NCBI RefSeq assembly: GCF_001194135.2
Contig: NC_068993.1
Location: 53,089,547-53,153,546, forward strand
Reading direction: 5' to 3'
Origin: Octopus bimaculoides
Taxonomy: Eukaryota
DNA: 64,000 bases
Shown here: positions 42,082-55,527 of the stretch, one piece after another
Position numbering within the stretch: position 1 is the stretch's first letter
Layout of the letters: every line of letters starts with the position of its first letter
Translations under genes and position numbers: made by a program
Notes under the pieces: generated by a model
Databases searched by the model: none
Told to the model about the DNA's origin: nothing
The model's input: only the letters and a program-made list of their open reading frames with translations

Positions 42082-42539
42082 CTGTACAAGAATTTAAAGA
42101 TCAATGAGAAGGGTGATGATATAAGATATTAAAGGTTTATATATAGGGACAATCAGAACAGAATCATATCAAGAATAGAAGATAATGTAGCACTAAAAAA
42201 AAAAAAAAGCTGTATTAAAGCATAAAATATATTTTACTTTTAATTATCAAACTATATATATATATATGCACACATACACACAGAGGCAGACAGTCAGATG
42301 TTTATCTTCCAGAAATAGGTCTAACAAGTTATTGAATGGCTTTTGTAAATGAGGCGTAAAATATCGAAAAACATAACATTACTGAACGTACATCGAAATA
42401 AATATATATCTAAATAATGTTTATGGAATCATATAAAAATGGCGTTAACCTCTCACACTGACAATAATTTTAAATAATATTGGCAACAAAACAAAATACC
42501 AGAGATTCACGGTGACCAAAAAAGTTCGGCAGTAAATCC

Positions 42540-43060
42540 CGTTAGCTTCCGGTTTTTTTTAACATTTCTATATTTGACGTTATAATTTTCTGTTCCTTTT
42601 GAATTTAAACTAGAATAAAAATAAGAATATTTTGTTTTTGTCAATATTTTTTTAAGATCATGAAAATATATTTCTTTTCTCGCGAACTAATTTTCAATCA
42701 CATATGTAGACTTATTTACCGCAAAAACTGTATTAACTGTTCGTTAATTTGACTGAACTCAATATATTTTAAAATATCGATAAAATTTCATTATAAACTG
42801 CATGAATTCTTAAACATTTTATCTTAAATAGAAAAAGAAGTAGAGGCGAGTATTATTCTATTAAAAAAGACATATAATGATTCCAAGAATTCAAGAGAAC
42901 TTCTTTCCTTAAAATTTATTTCTTTACAATGGAAGGTATTTTGAATCACGTGTGCAAACAATATTGACCAATGAGAACGTCAGTCGGTGATTCTGCGTAA
43001 GCGTGAGCTGTCTACGTCATTGTCCTGCGTCTCTTAGCTGTTACTTCGACTTCTCTTGAA
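42540..43060. promoter_or_regulatory. Shared (bidirectional) promoter region of Rab30 and PCF11
   Basis: CpG-enriched relative to flanks; CTTCCGG ETS-like 42546-52, TCTCGCGA 42678-85, TATCGATA DRE-like 42775-82, CACGTG 42947-52, CCAAT 42968-72, ACGTCA half-CRE at 42977-82 and 43014-19; lies between divergent genes. Confidence 0.6.
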
Positions 43061-43259
43061 GATGTCTAACAAAATTATAGCTTTGTAAAGAGAACAGCAA
43101 CACTAATATATCGCTAGAAAGTAATTTTTACAGGCAGGAAGTTTTTTTTTTTATATTTTTCCAATATCTATTTTTTATGGAGCAGTTCTGAAGTTGTAAA
43201 ATTCTCTACATCAAAACCTTCAACAGAAGATTCACTAGACTCTATATATATATGAGAAA

Positions 43260-43418
43260 ATGGCTGATGCCGAAGAAGTGATAGATAGCTACCGTTCGTC
43301 TCTTGCTGACTTGACGATTAATAGCAAGCCACTAATCAGTATGTTGACCATGCTTGCCGAAGATCATATCCAGTATGCCCAACACATCGTTCAGCTGATC
43401 GAGCAGCATTTACAAAAG
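43260..43418 (+). CDS. PCF11: PCF11 exon 1 (CID N-terminus MADAEEVIDSYRSSLADLTINSKPLISMLTMLAED...LQK)
   Basis: AAAATGG start context; matches the PCF11 CID motif LxDLTxNSKPxIxMLTxLAE; 159 nt; GT donor at 43419. Confidence 0.93.
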
Positions 43419-43915
43419 GTTTCGCTTTCTACATTTTTTTTTTAGGATTCTATCAATTCGCCATCGGATTTCAATCAATATTTTCCTTTCTTTTTATGTT
43501 TTTCCGCGACCGCCATCTTTGGTTTGTGTGATTGAAATTTGAGTGCGAAATGAAAGCTTCTCTATTATAATTCTACTTATGTGTTTGTGTTTTTACTTTT
43601 TCTTCTTCTTCTTCCATTATTGTATTGTGTTAAATTTCTTATTCCTTCTGTTTTTAAATGCGAATCATATAAGTAAATTCAGTAGTAACTCCTTCATTGA
43701 ATTCATAATATAGGTCAGTTAATGTTTGTTACATGACCTCTAGTTGTAGGTTTTTTTTTTCCTTTTCGTATATTTTATTTCAACTGATTTATATTTAGTG
43801 GAACGTTTAAGCTGTCATATGATCATTTTATTATCATTATTATAGGTTCAAATATTTCTTAATGCTTAACGTTTTAAGTCAATGTAAGACATAGTCTATA
43901 TAGTTTGACGAGTTT

Positions 43916-44297
43916 ACTCTTTTACTTGTTTCAGTCATTTTGACTGTGGCCATGCTGGAGCACCGCCTTTTAGTCGAGCTAATCGACCCCGGGACTTATT
44001 CTTTGTAAGCCTAGTACTTATTCTATCGGTCTGTTTTGCCGAACCGCTAAGTTACGGGGACGTAAACACACCAGCATCGGTTGTCAAGCGATGTTGGGTG
44101 GGGGGGACAGACACAGACATGCATGTATATATATATATACATATATACGACAGGCTTCTTTCAGTTTCCGTCTACTAAATCCACTCACAAGGCTTTGGTC
44201 GACCCGAGGCTATAGTAGGAGACACTTGCCCAAGGTGCCACGCAGTGGGACTGAACCCAGAACCATGTGGTTGGTAAGCAAGCTACTTACCACATAG
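43916..44297 (-). mobile_element. tRNA/CORE-type SINE family B; further copies at ~9890-10050, 10075-10500, 11915-12065, 28255-28460(+), 32620-32930, 38925-39130(+), 48960-49140
   Basis: Minus strand GTGGTAAGTAGCTTGCTT..GGGTTCAGTCCC (A/B boxes), then GGCACCTTGGGCAAGTGTC (CORE-like), internal (TA/CA)n tract and shared tail. Confidence 0.85.
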
Positions 44298-45470
44298 CAA
44301 CTGATTTATATTTAGTGGAACGTTTAAGCTGTCATATGATCATTTTATTATGATTATTATAGGTTCAAATATTTCTTAATGCTTAACGTTTTAAGTAAAT
44401 ATATCAATGGACGACATTATAGTCTATATAGTTTGACGAGTTTGTGTAAAACTGAAGAATTAACAATCTGAAACTTGTTATGCAAACATAAGTAATGATT
44501 CAAAATGAAATACGAAAGGCAATTTTTGTAGAAGCTAAAACAGGATGGTACACACACTTCGTTTGGTAGCAGTGATGGAAGTAATGTATTCATAATGTTA
44601 GGCATACTGATGAATTTGAAAAGCTTAAACAAGATCGATTCTTTTTCTATTCGTTTTAGCTTTAACGTTTTAGAAAATTGCAAATCCTCGTGATTACAAA
44701 AGAATGTCTCAGTTCTATTTCAAGGTGTTTTGTATTGCTCTATGGTTGTTTATTTATTTAGATTAACGCATTTGACATAACAGATTGGTGTCCCACCCAA
44801 CTCTGCTACCCTTTAACTGTTTTTCAAAATGCTTATTTTATACTGAGTTTACGCTTTCGGTAGTAATTTTTGACAAAATTAGAAGCAAAAATTGGAGGGG
44901 GGTGCATTGGCACCCCTCCCTATTACCGCCAATTTCTGTAGCTTTAGCATTTAATTAATTTTTTTTCCATGATTTATGTTTGAAACCTTTACATTCGTAA
45001 CCCATGCCCTCGAAAACGGATTTCCGTACAATTTTATTTATTTATTATTTTTTTAAACATAATCTACACCCCGGTAAGCCTCTCTACAAAATCCCTTTTA
45101 AAATATGCTGTTTCAATTTGTAGTTATTCCTTATTTTCATCTTCCCTCTTCTCTTACTGCGAATTTTAGTGTGTTATCGTTATTAAATGCAATTCATTTA
45201 CTTGTTTTAGATAGGATAAATATTTAAAGTTAATTTCCGAGGAGTTTTTAGCTATTTTGGAACGGCGTGTTCCTAGTGTACTTAAATCTCTGAATTTTGT
45301 GTGTGTGTGTGTATTCAATTTACTTCTATTGCCAATATTACTCAATAATGTCTTTCGCATTATTCTAAACTTTAATATACATGTACTTCGTGGAAGGAAT
45401 CGCGTATGTTTTAGTATTCTACTAAGTTCTAACATACAATATGGTGCCATTGGAGTCGAATATTTAAAAC

Positions 45471-45507
<37 letters not shown>

Positions 45508-48500
45508 GATAATGATTCTTGCTAGTGTGCAATATTTTAACCACACTGAGCCTGAATTTTTATCTTCGTTTGTATGACTACATGTGTAGTATATATATAT
45601 GCATCCACAAATATATACATGATACAGCCTGAGGTGGGAGTAAAAGTATATTTTAAAAGTAATGAAGGATGCTTTTTTTTTTTTACTCGTTATTACGCTG
45701 CATTTTTAAAAAGTATAATTTAATCCATCCATTTAATGTTTATTCGTAATCATTTCATAGATCTTTACAGAATATGTAATATATGTCTACCGTTGTAGCA
45801 GTTGTCACTGTTGAACGCTTATGAAATCCAAGCTTGTACAACTGTGACATACAATGGCTTGTGCAGGGTGTACTAGCCCGAATACATTTATCCGTTTTCT
45901 AATCTGTTAGATAAGTTTTTATTCCGAAACCAAAAAAAAAAATTACAGGAGATAACGTCAGTAATGAATTTCGGAATGGGGCATAGCATATACTAGACAA
46001 AAACCGATTTTTCGATTAGCATAATTTTATTGGGTTAATGTTGTACACTATGTGAAATTTAGTTTCATCCGTCTCTAGTTAGTTTTCCTTTGTATTTATT
46101 TTCCCTTCGACAACCAAACCACCTCCATATTCTCGAAACTACTCCTTGTTTAGTAGTAACTGGGCGGGGTTTCAGTTAATAGACCTTTCACTCTCTCCTT
46201 CCCCGAATTTTATTCTAATTAGCATGGTTGTTTCCCTTCTATCACAATAGAAATAACTCGTAGAAAACGTCAATTCTGTGTGTGTGTATACACGATGTAG
46301 TCTATGAAGTAATTGAATAAGGTACTCAATGAAAACATTTAAGTAATACTTCAGTTTATGGGGCCATTGTTTTATTATATAACCTAATAAAAGCATTGTG
46401 GTGTGTGTGTGTGTATTTATTTATATATATATAATAATAATAATAATACTAAATACGTCATTAAAGGAGTGGTTTTAGAGTTAAATGGTGGATTTGTACA
46501 ACCATAACTGCAATGCAAGATTTGTTTTGTTTTTACCATTATTTTCTGGAAGGCTTCAAATTTGTCTTTAAAAATTGTACATTTGTTTGTAATAACATAC
46601 TAACTCTCCCTTTGCTTGCCATAAGAGGTTCGTCATCCAAAAATATTTAAAAGAATCTTCCGATGATCTTTTTAATCTTTGTACATATAAAATGTCGAAC
46701 ATCATACTGGAGTATACTGAAAGCGAACAAATAATCGTTATAATTGGCAGTATCAAATAGCAGGATGCCCCTCCCCCTTTTTTTTAATAAGTTATTTGAA
46801 AAGAAAGTTTTGTCTGCATAGCCTTTTTTTAAAGGTAAAGTTTTCTTTAATCTACATCTTACGGTTATTATGTAAGCTTGAAAAATTATTTAAAAGTTGT
46901 TCTGTATATAAAAGTTAAATAAAAGATATGGAAATACCTAAAAAAAAAAAAAAAATTGTATTTGTCACTGCTGATTATTGATTATTTTGATTTTTAGTTT
47001 GTATCACTTTGTTCGATATTTTATGTACAAAGATTGAAAGGTTACAGTTTTTCTAAAGAAGTTTGTCAAAATACATTGACTGACTCGTAATTCTTTGGAA
47101 AAACATGAAGGGCGAAAATGTATTCTCTTACACAAAATTGCTAAATTGCTATAACGAAATAAATTTTAATTTGAATAGCTTGAACCAAGTTGTCATTTTA
47201 AAAATAATTAACCTGGTAGTAAGTTTGAGTGAGAATGGAAGAAAAATAAAAGCTTTAGTTTTGGTTGACAAAATCCAGCCATATGCATGCTTTTTTTCTT
47301 CATTTCACTCTCTTTTTCGATATTCATTTGTGGATTTGATATATTAAAGCACATACTAAATTGTCATTCAGTCCCTTGGTATGATGAAGATCAAAATCGA
47401 ACAAGAGGTAAGCTCAAGCTCTACTAGCCTACGATCTTGATTTAGTTTCTCTTAAACTTATTTTACACAGTTCAAGATCAATGATTGGGAGAATGTATAT
47501 CTTAATCATATTGATGTCTTAGATTGCTGCAAGATATATTTGATTGTATTGTCTTGGCGTGTTCCTTGCTTTATCTGCTCCAGGTGGCTTTAGTTTTGTG
47601 TAACTTGTCTAGATAATGTTCTGGCAAGTAAATTGGAAATAATTTACTATCTTACAGGAACAACAAAATGTTGCTGTTTCATCTAGTGTTCTTTTTTTTC
47701 TGTTGCAACAAGAAGTGTTACAACCTGTTTGAGTAAATCCAGTTAAATGTTTCACTGGTATTGTTTTCTATGTGTCAGGTAATAATCTGGTAGCAGTGTT
47801 TCAAATTGTCATAGTAGTTGGGTAAAGCAAAACCAAAAAAAATACTTTGAACACATGCCTTTGTCTCTAAAAACAATATTTCTATCTAAATTTCAGAAAA
47901 CATCTTGGTAACTAATCTGCTTTCTTTGCAGGAAATCTTTTGCCTGCTTGTCTTGTGTGGACTGACTTAATATTGAATGGTTTCTGTGCCAATTCTCAAA
48001 TTTATTCTGTACTTTTAGGCTTAAGAGAAATTTAAAAGTGAACTTAATTGTCAATTTTGGTTAAGCATTTATACTTTTGAATCCATACATTTATATGTGA
48101 TTAAAATGGGGGGAGGTTAATTGCATGGCAAAAAGTATACATTAATATTATAAGTTAAATACCAAGGTAGCATGAGGTTATGCATATTGGTTAACTGTGG
48201 TCTTAGAATGTTAGGTAGATGTATTTTAGTATCTTCATGTGTTAGTGCTGTTGGGGTTCAAAAATACAGGTCTATGTAACAGTTGTTATGGACTTAAAGT
48301 GAACATTTGATTCTAGATTAAAAACCAAGTATAGTGGGTGATTTGGGTGTGTCTTGGCTTTCGAATAACCCATGCTTTGGAAATAGTTTTGTAGAACTTG
48401 TGGAAATGTTTTTCACAACAATTTTCTGTTCACATTTCGAATATTTGGTTGTAGTTAAACTCTAGGCTTTTTTTAAAATGTTAGTCTTCTTTGCAAATAT

Positions 48501-51500
48501 ATGTTGAATCATTAGTTTTGTCAGCTTTTCCCTTATTTCCATTGATGGGGGGAGTTTGAGATAGTGTTCTACAGCTGGCACTGATTTTTTTTATTTTTTT
48601 AGAGTAAGGTACTATACTCTGTGACATCATACAAATTTACAAGTCGCTATACTTTTTGTGTTGGTCATGAAAACCATCTCTGCCAGCTGAATGATCTCCT
48701 AATTGTTTTAACATTTGTTTTTCCATGCTTTCGTGAGGAAGAGATTTCTACAGAGTCAGGTGTCCTTTTCGTTTCTGAGCAGAGTAGTAAGCACTCCCAA
48801 TCTACTGAACAACAAACAGTCCAGACAAGGTTATACTGAGCCTTTTGTTTACAGAGATCACACATGTCAAGGAGTCCAACAGGCTTTCACATTAAACTGC
48901 AAGCAGACATATTTATGAACTGTGTGGTTTGTTTCCAGTCAGTAAACACATGCGAAGACTGGGGAAATACTTATCTATATTTCATTCTACGTCTACCAGT
49001 TTCATTCAAAAGGCATTGACACCAGCCAACAGCAACCACAGTTGGGCAGGATCACTAACCACGTTTTGAAGCATGATGAAAAGCACTTGCCCAAGGTGCC
49101 ATCCAGTGGGAGTTATCCAGAAATCATATAGTTATGAAACATTCTGAACCAGAAAGCACTGCTTATAATATTTTGTGGTGTATATGTGTTTGTCAGTGAT
49201 TGTTTATTAGAATTAACTCTGGAAAATATTAACTAAATAACCATTTGTGTCCATCACATGGTGATGGTTTTTGATATTACTCGGCTGAACTCTAATTTAA
49301 CACTTAATTAATGAATATTAATACATGCACCATATTCCACTTTACCTACTTATTAACACACCAAACCAAAACTGAAATACATTCAACTATTGAATTAGGC
49401 TTTCAGATTACTTAGATAACTGTTTTGTGACATTAACAGTTCCTGAAAATATCACTGCTAATAACTTGCTACATGATATTGAATAATCAACACATTATTC
49501 TATTAATATTATTGAAGTATTTACTTTGGTCATTTTAAATGTTGCTGGTGTTTTGAGACAATTTTATTGAGGGGAGATTTCCTTGCACTTTCTTTACAAC
49601 TAGGTGTACTCGACTGTTTTGAGAGCAATGTTTCTTGAACAAGCTGCTGGCACTTGGCTTGTCTCTTACCCTATAGACACATTCAGGTCATTTGTTGGGG
49701 TCCACAGTTTTCATCTGCCTCAACATTTGTATCCATGGTTTATATAGTTATGTATAAACCCCTTGGTAGCCACTTTAAAATGTTAGAACAATGGTTTGTT
49801 TGGAATGTCAAGGATTAGAACCTTTTGTCCAAATCGGAGACTGCCTTTCTAATGCCAGTAACTTAAAATCCACCCAGTTCTTGCTGAACCTTGATAAGTG
49901 ATGGAAAAGTGACTCCTGATAAAAAGGTCAGTTGACCACAGAAACCATGCTGAAAATGGAATCTCTAAGTAAAATATGTACATTTCAAGCTATCTAGGAC
50001 CAAACACTGAGTAAAGAAGATTCTGTAGTTCAGCTCCTTTGGTAGCATTGGTGTAATGAAACAGTCTGTATGATATGCTACAACAAAGCCAAAAGTATTA
50101 TCAATCAATAACTTATCCCCTTTAGACTTGCACTGCCTAGCTAATTGTTCATGTCATCTTTATTGGAATTAGTATTACATATATCAACTAACACTTAACC
50201 AATTTCCGTGGCTTCGTGTTTGTAGTTGTGGGCCTAGGCTCAGTACCATGCAGCCCACATTCTATATATGTTCTTTATGCAGTCTACCTTGTGCATAGAG
50301 CTTGAGAAACTTCGGATGCCTTTAAGTCAACTAGGTATGTGTCTATGTATAGAGATAAATATTAAGTTACTATTTCCTTGATGATAAAGTTGAAACTGTT
50401 TCTAATAAACGTAAAGGGATCATAACTTTGATATTGTTCATTTGAAGTGTGTGTGTGAATTCTAGACAAGTTAAGGGAGGTAAGTACACACTTGAATGGT
50501 TCCACTCTGGGTTATGGTTTTAGTATCAACCATTTAACAAAATTGAAATTTCCAGAACTAGATTAAATTAGCTGTGTTCAACAAATTTTATCCTTAGTAA
50601 AATTTGAATCATTTGGGTGTGTATTTCACTCTTGCTTTTTGTGAAAGCAATATGCATTTTGTATGTGTGTATTAAAACCCTTAGTTTTGATGAATGTTTC
50701 AGTAATTTTTGTGGTCATGTGAACTTCTGTGTATGGCATGATGGCGTATATGACAGTAATATTCTTATTTTGTTGAAAATATAAATTCTTATGTGCATTT
50801 GTGGATAAGGGGTTACACTTGTTTTTGTCCAAGGAGTTTGGATTTTGTATGTGTTAATACAAATACATATGTAAATTAATAAACTCAAAACTTATCTTAA
50901 TTACACTTGTGTGTAATTTTCTTTTTTCTCTTTTTTTTTTTTTTCTTTTTTTCCAGACAGGATGGTGACTCAGTAGTAGAGTGCTGGCAGTGGGGGGTTT
51001 TATTATTACTATTAGTATCACAAGAATGAATGCATTAATTAGTTTATGAAGTACAATAATTACATATCAGAGGTATTGATTGATTATACTGTAAATTTTA
51101 CCCAATAGATTATTCATGAATGGCTAACTCTCCATCCAGTAAATAATTGTTCATAATTTTAGTCTTTGGCTTGATGAAGAAATTTTCTCCATTGAAATTA
51201 TTTTATCATATATAGCTCAAAATGTGATTTCCATTTACTAAGGAATCCTATTATTTAACCATGGGTTATTTTGAAAATATCTCAACAAAATGTTAAATCA
51301 GTATCTAGGAAAAGGTAAAATCGAGTATTAATACAAATTAGGAACTTTTCACTGTTTGTAGTAAAAGTACCCTCCTTGGACAACTCATGGGCTATCTGTT
51401 CTATTAATAAAAAGTATGTCCAAATATATTGCTGATATATTAATAACTTGGCTTTGAAACAGCAATAAACAAAAGTTTGTAATTATTGGTCACTTGAACC

Positions 51501-53039
51501 TTAAATTTACTGTCTTGAATTACAGTATCGGAACAAAAAACCCGTCAAGCATAATGCGTGTGTCTGAGCATGTAATGCAGATCAAAACACTAATAAATGA
51601 TTAATGGGTTATCTTTGAGTAGAAATAAAATGAATTTCATTTGAATTGGCTGCTTTTACACTCTCTTACCCTGAGAAGCTACATCATCTCAAGCTGGATT
51701 CAGCAAAAGTATCAAGAAATTTCAGCTGGCGTTTGTTGAACAGTTAGAAACTGTATTAGTTTATAAGAATAAATGATTGCCAGTCAATATGTCTTGCCTT
51801 CTGAGTACTTAACATGCAAGTTTGTTTTGTTTTTATCATAAATGAAGTTTCAATTTTGAACAGATGCAGGTTTAGTTGATCAAGTTGGCTGGCAGCATGT
51901 TTTTCAAAAATTTCTATTTTTAAATAATTAGCTTACTTTTGATGCTAATTAATTTTTATTTTAATATATTGTGATTATAAAATTGAAGTTTGATATTTAT
52001 GTCGCCAACTTTCTCTAAACTTGTTTCTTTCACTCTTGAGAGGTTCCCAAGTCAATTAGATGGTTTACTGTGAAATGAATGTACTTTATAAGAGTTACTG
52101 TAACAACAACTCTGAATAATTTTATGTTTGCTGCTAATATTGGTAATTCGTTTAATAATACAAAATCTGATATAAATTAACATGTATTTTAATTGCAAAT
52201 CATAAGATTGTTTGTTTTGTGTTGTTACAAAACTCTTTGCCATCTATTTTGGGAATCTTTATTAGGTTTATTTTGCCATAAACTGGCTAAGTTGTATCAA
52301 TGGAATCCATTCATTTTGCAAAATTACGAAGAAACCCTGTTGTGATTCACTGGACAAGAATCAGTTTCCATCAAATAGTGGAGCTTGAAGAAGGAGCATC
52401 AAAAGAAAAGCTGTAGGAATGAAGATGCTACACACTTTCTTAAATGAAGATGGTTTTCTGATTATGCATTTACATATGAAATACAGGGCGGTGTCATTTC
52501 TTTTACACCGTGCTATAACAAACATTAGAAATTGATAAACAGGTGGAAAACATCGCTCCTGCTGATCATTGATATTCTTGGTAATAAATACTTGAAAAAT
52601 ATTTTTGTATCCTGGATTTGTCATTCTTTGTTGGCCATTAACTAGGTCATTTGTGACCTAAGGAATGTATCTTATAGTAAGCGTCACGATTCCTTCCAAA
52701 GCACCTGTTAAGTTCCATTCTTTTGGATGTCAGGTAAGAGTTTGGACATTTCTTCATACTCTTTATATTTCAATTACATTTTTAAAGTAAGCTGTGTAAT
52801 TTGGCTCCTTGCCAATATTTAACAATTATTGACATGTGAATTATTTCAGTGTATTTTCAGAGTCACGGCTTACTCAAAACACTGAACTTGGTCACACTAG
52901 TTCATTTATACAAACTGAATAACCAAGCATTCGGTTTTTTTCCCTCTCCCTCAGAACTTGAGATTATGGTGATTTATTTTGTATTCACATTTCCAAAATA
53001 TCATATTTCATATTTTGAGTCTGTTTTTGTTCTTTTCAG

Positions 53040-53168
53040 GTGAAACCATCACAGAAATTGCCAGTTCTATATTTGATTGACTCGATAATAAAGAATCTGG
53101 ATGAGTGTGAATATCCTCAGCTTTTCAGCAAAAATATAGTTGCTATATTTTGTGATACTTTTGAAAAG
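53040..53168 (+). CDS. PCF11: PCF11 exon 2 (VKPSQKLPVLYLIDSIIKN...FEK)
   Basis: CID motif KLPxLYLxDSIxKN; TTTTCAG acceptor, GTTAGG donor; 129 nt, phase 0/0. Confidence 0.95.
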
Positions 53169-53619
53169 GTTAGGATGAGTTGCAGTGATTTTTATGTAGA
53201 TTTCTAAATCTTAATAGTCATATGGGTGGGTTTTGTGAAAGGTAATTTGGATGCTCTTTAAGTGAATAAAGTTTAGTCTTTTATTTTTATTTTTTTCTCC
53301 AATTACGAATACCTCTAATTTTCAATTCTTTTGTATTGATTGCTTTATTAAAGAATATATTTCAATGATTTTGTGATATGTTTTGTACATCAGATGTTTT
53401 ACATTGAGCAGAGAGCTTAAGTTATTGATTGTTTAGTATGTAAAGTTACTTGGCTATTTTTCTATTTTGAGTTGTTAGTACTGTGCCAAGTAGATTTGCT
53501 ACACATTAATTCATTTGCTGATTATGTTTGTAATGGAAAAGGTTTCCGAAACGTAAGAAGATTGACAGACTGACTATTGGGTTTGTATTGCTAAATATAC
53601 AGGTTTTTTTGGCGTATAG

Positions 53620-53799
53620 GTGGATGAAAAAACCAGAGGATCCATGTACAAACTTAGACAGACTTGGCAGATGTTTTTCCCTAACCAGAAACTATATGCA
53701 CTTGATATGCGTGTGAACATGTTGGATCCAGCTTGGCCCATCATCGCAGATCCTCCTGGACAAGGAAACATACATGTGAACCCAAGATTTTTAGTCCAG
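53620..53799 (+). CDS. PCF11: PCF11 exon 3 (VDEKTRGSMYKLRQTW...LDPAWPI...IHVNPRFLVQ)
   Basis: CID end with KLRxTW, DPAWPI and IHVNPxF motifs; 180 nt, AG/GT boundaries. Confidence 0.95.
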
Positions 53800-55368
53800 G
53801 TAAAAGATATCCTGCCAGCTCCAGTTGATGAATTTTTACCCCCTTCCCTTAGTTATAATAAAAGATTAGTCAATTCCATTTTTACTAACCTATTACGTAT
53901 TGCCTTGTCATGTGAGGAATGTTTCGGTTCTTCAGAATTTTGTTGCAGTAAATTAGCTTATTGTTCATTCTTAGAGAAATGCTTTCCCAAATTTTCATTT
54001 TTGCTTCATGGAAATTTTTTATATGTATATTTTTTTTACTGTGGTTGCATTTAATTTATTAATCCATAATTTATTCAGAATCATTCATTAGTGTATATGT
54101 ATCTGTTTTATGAGGTCAAAGCTTCATAACAGTTTGTTAGGTTCCCCCCACCCCTGGGATCATGTAGGAAAACACAAGTTGTCGCGATTTTATTTATGAA
54201 AAGTGTGTTTTTTTAATTAGCCTATTCTTTCATTGAAACTCCATTTTGAGGGTGTTTATCTGGTAAAATGCTTAGTTGTGGCCATTTGGTTCTCGGAAGG
54301 TACTACTACAGCAGTAATGTACTGGGGTGAGTCACAGATTTTTGTGACCTTTTAAGTAGGCGATTTAATCAATAAAATATTTATGAATAGGTAGATGTAG
54401 GTTTTTTTTAAGAGTATAAGTGAAAGGTTGTTTCACTACTCTTCAGAACATACTGTTTTCTTTTATTAGCTTAACTATTATTATGCAGTATTTGCCATGT
54501 AATGTTCTGGTGCATCTAGAATCAAAGAATTCTTCATTTGATTTTGTCATTAGTAAGGGGTTTGAATTCATATTTTTCTCTGTAAATTTAACTTTGTTTA
54601 GAATTGATTTCAGGCATTTATACTCTTTGGTCACCATGGTAATAAGTTAGGTGTCTTTGTTTTGTTTGTTTTTTTTTTACTGCATAAAGCCAGGAAAATT
54701 TTTTCTTATTCAGAAGAATGTGTATACAAAATAAGTCCTGTCATCATCCAACTTCCCTTTCCCATTTTGTCTGCTGCCTGTTTTTTTTTTTTTTTTTTAA
54801 TTTTATGTATTTATATATATATATATATATATAGTTTGCTTCATATTTTAGCCATCTTAAACAGCACAATTAAGATTTAGAATTCGAGCTAATTGAATAT
54901 CTCATTGTCCATTTTCATGGAAATAAACATTTCATGTTCATTTCAGTTGGTTTTAATAGACTTATCTCATTCAAATTAACTGGTTTGATTTTTTTCCAAG
55001 TAGTATCCTTGTTTTCATTTCCTCCACTTAAGTATTTGAAAGGTTGGGCAGTAAGTTTGTTTTTGAAAGACACGATTTAAGTAGTTTTTAGAATACTAAG
55101 TAAAGCCATTTTAATAAATGGTAAACATATAGCATTGTTTCTTGTCTAACAATGGTTTATAAAGGATGGTAGTAATAAAAATTAGGTATTTTCGTTTGTG
55201 ATTATCTTAATGTCTTTATATTTATTACATTAGCTACTGTCCATACAAATTTGAAACAGCAAGTTTCACAAATAAGATCATTGCTAATTTCAATAAGATT
55301 TGACATTTTATTAACCTATCGAATGTTCAGTAGTCAGGCAGCTAATTAATGCTGTCTTTTCTGAACAG

Positions 55369-55527
55369 AAAGAGGAAGAAAGAAAACCTGTTGAGCAACC
55401 GGAAACTTTGATGAGAAAACAGTTGATAGCTAAGCAGCAAGAATTACTGGGAATATTGCAGCAGCAGGTGGACCATGACTCAACAGAGCCTTCAGCTAAT
55501 TCACCAGAAAGTATCAACAAGCACCAG
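55369..55527 (+). CDS. PCF11: PCF11 exon 4 (coiled coil KEEERK...MRKQLIAKQQELLGILQQQ...KHQ)
   Basis: 159 nt, open, phase 0/0, GAACAG acceptor, CAG|GTAATG donor; resembles the post-CID helical segment. Confidence 0.85.

Noticed and set aside
52678-52733. Possible poison exon starting with TAA and ending CAG|GTAAGA
   Set aside because: Weak acceptor; such sites arise by chance in a 9.6-kb intron
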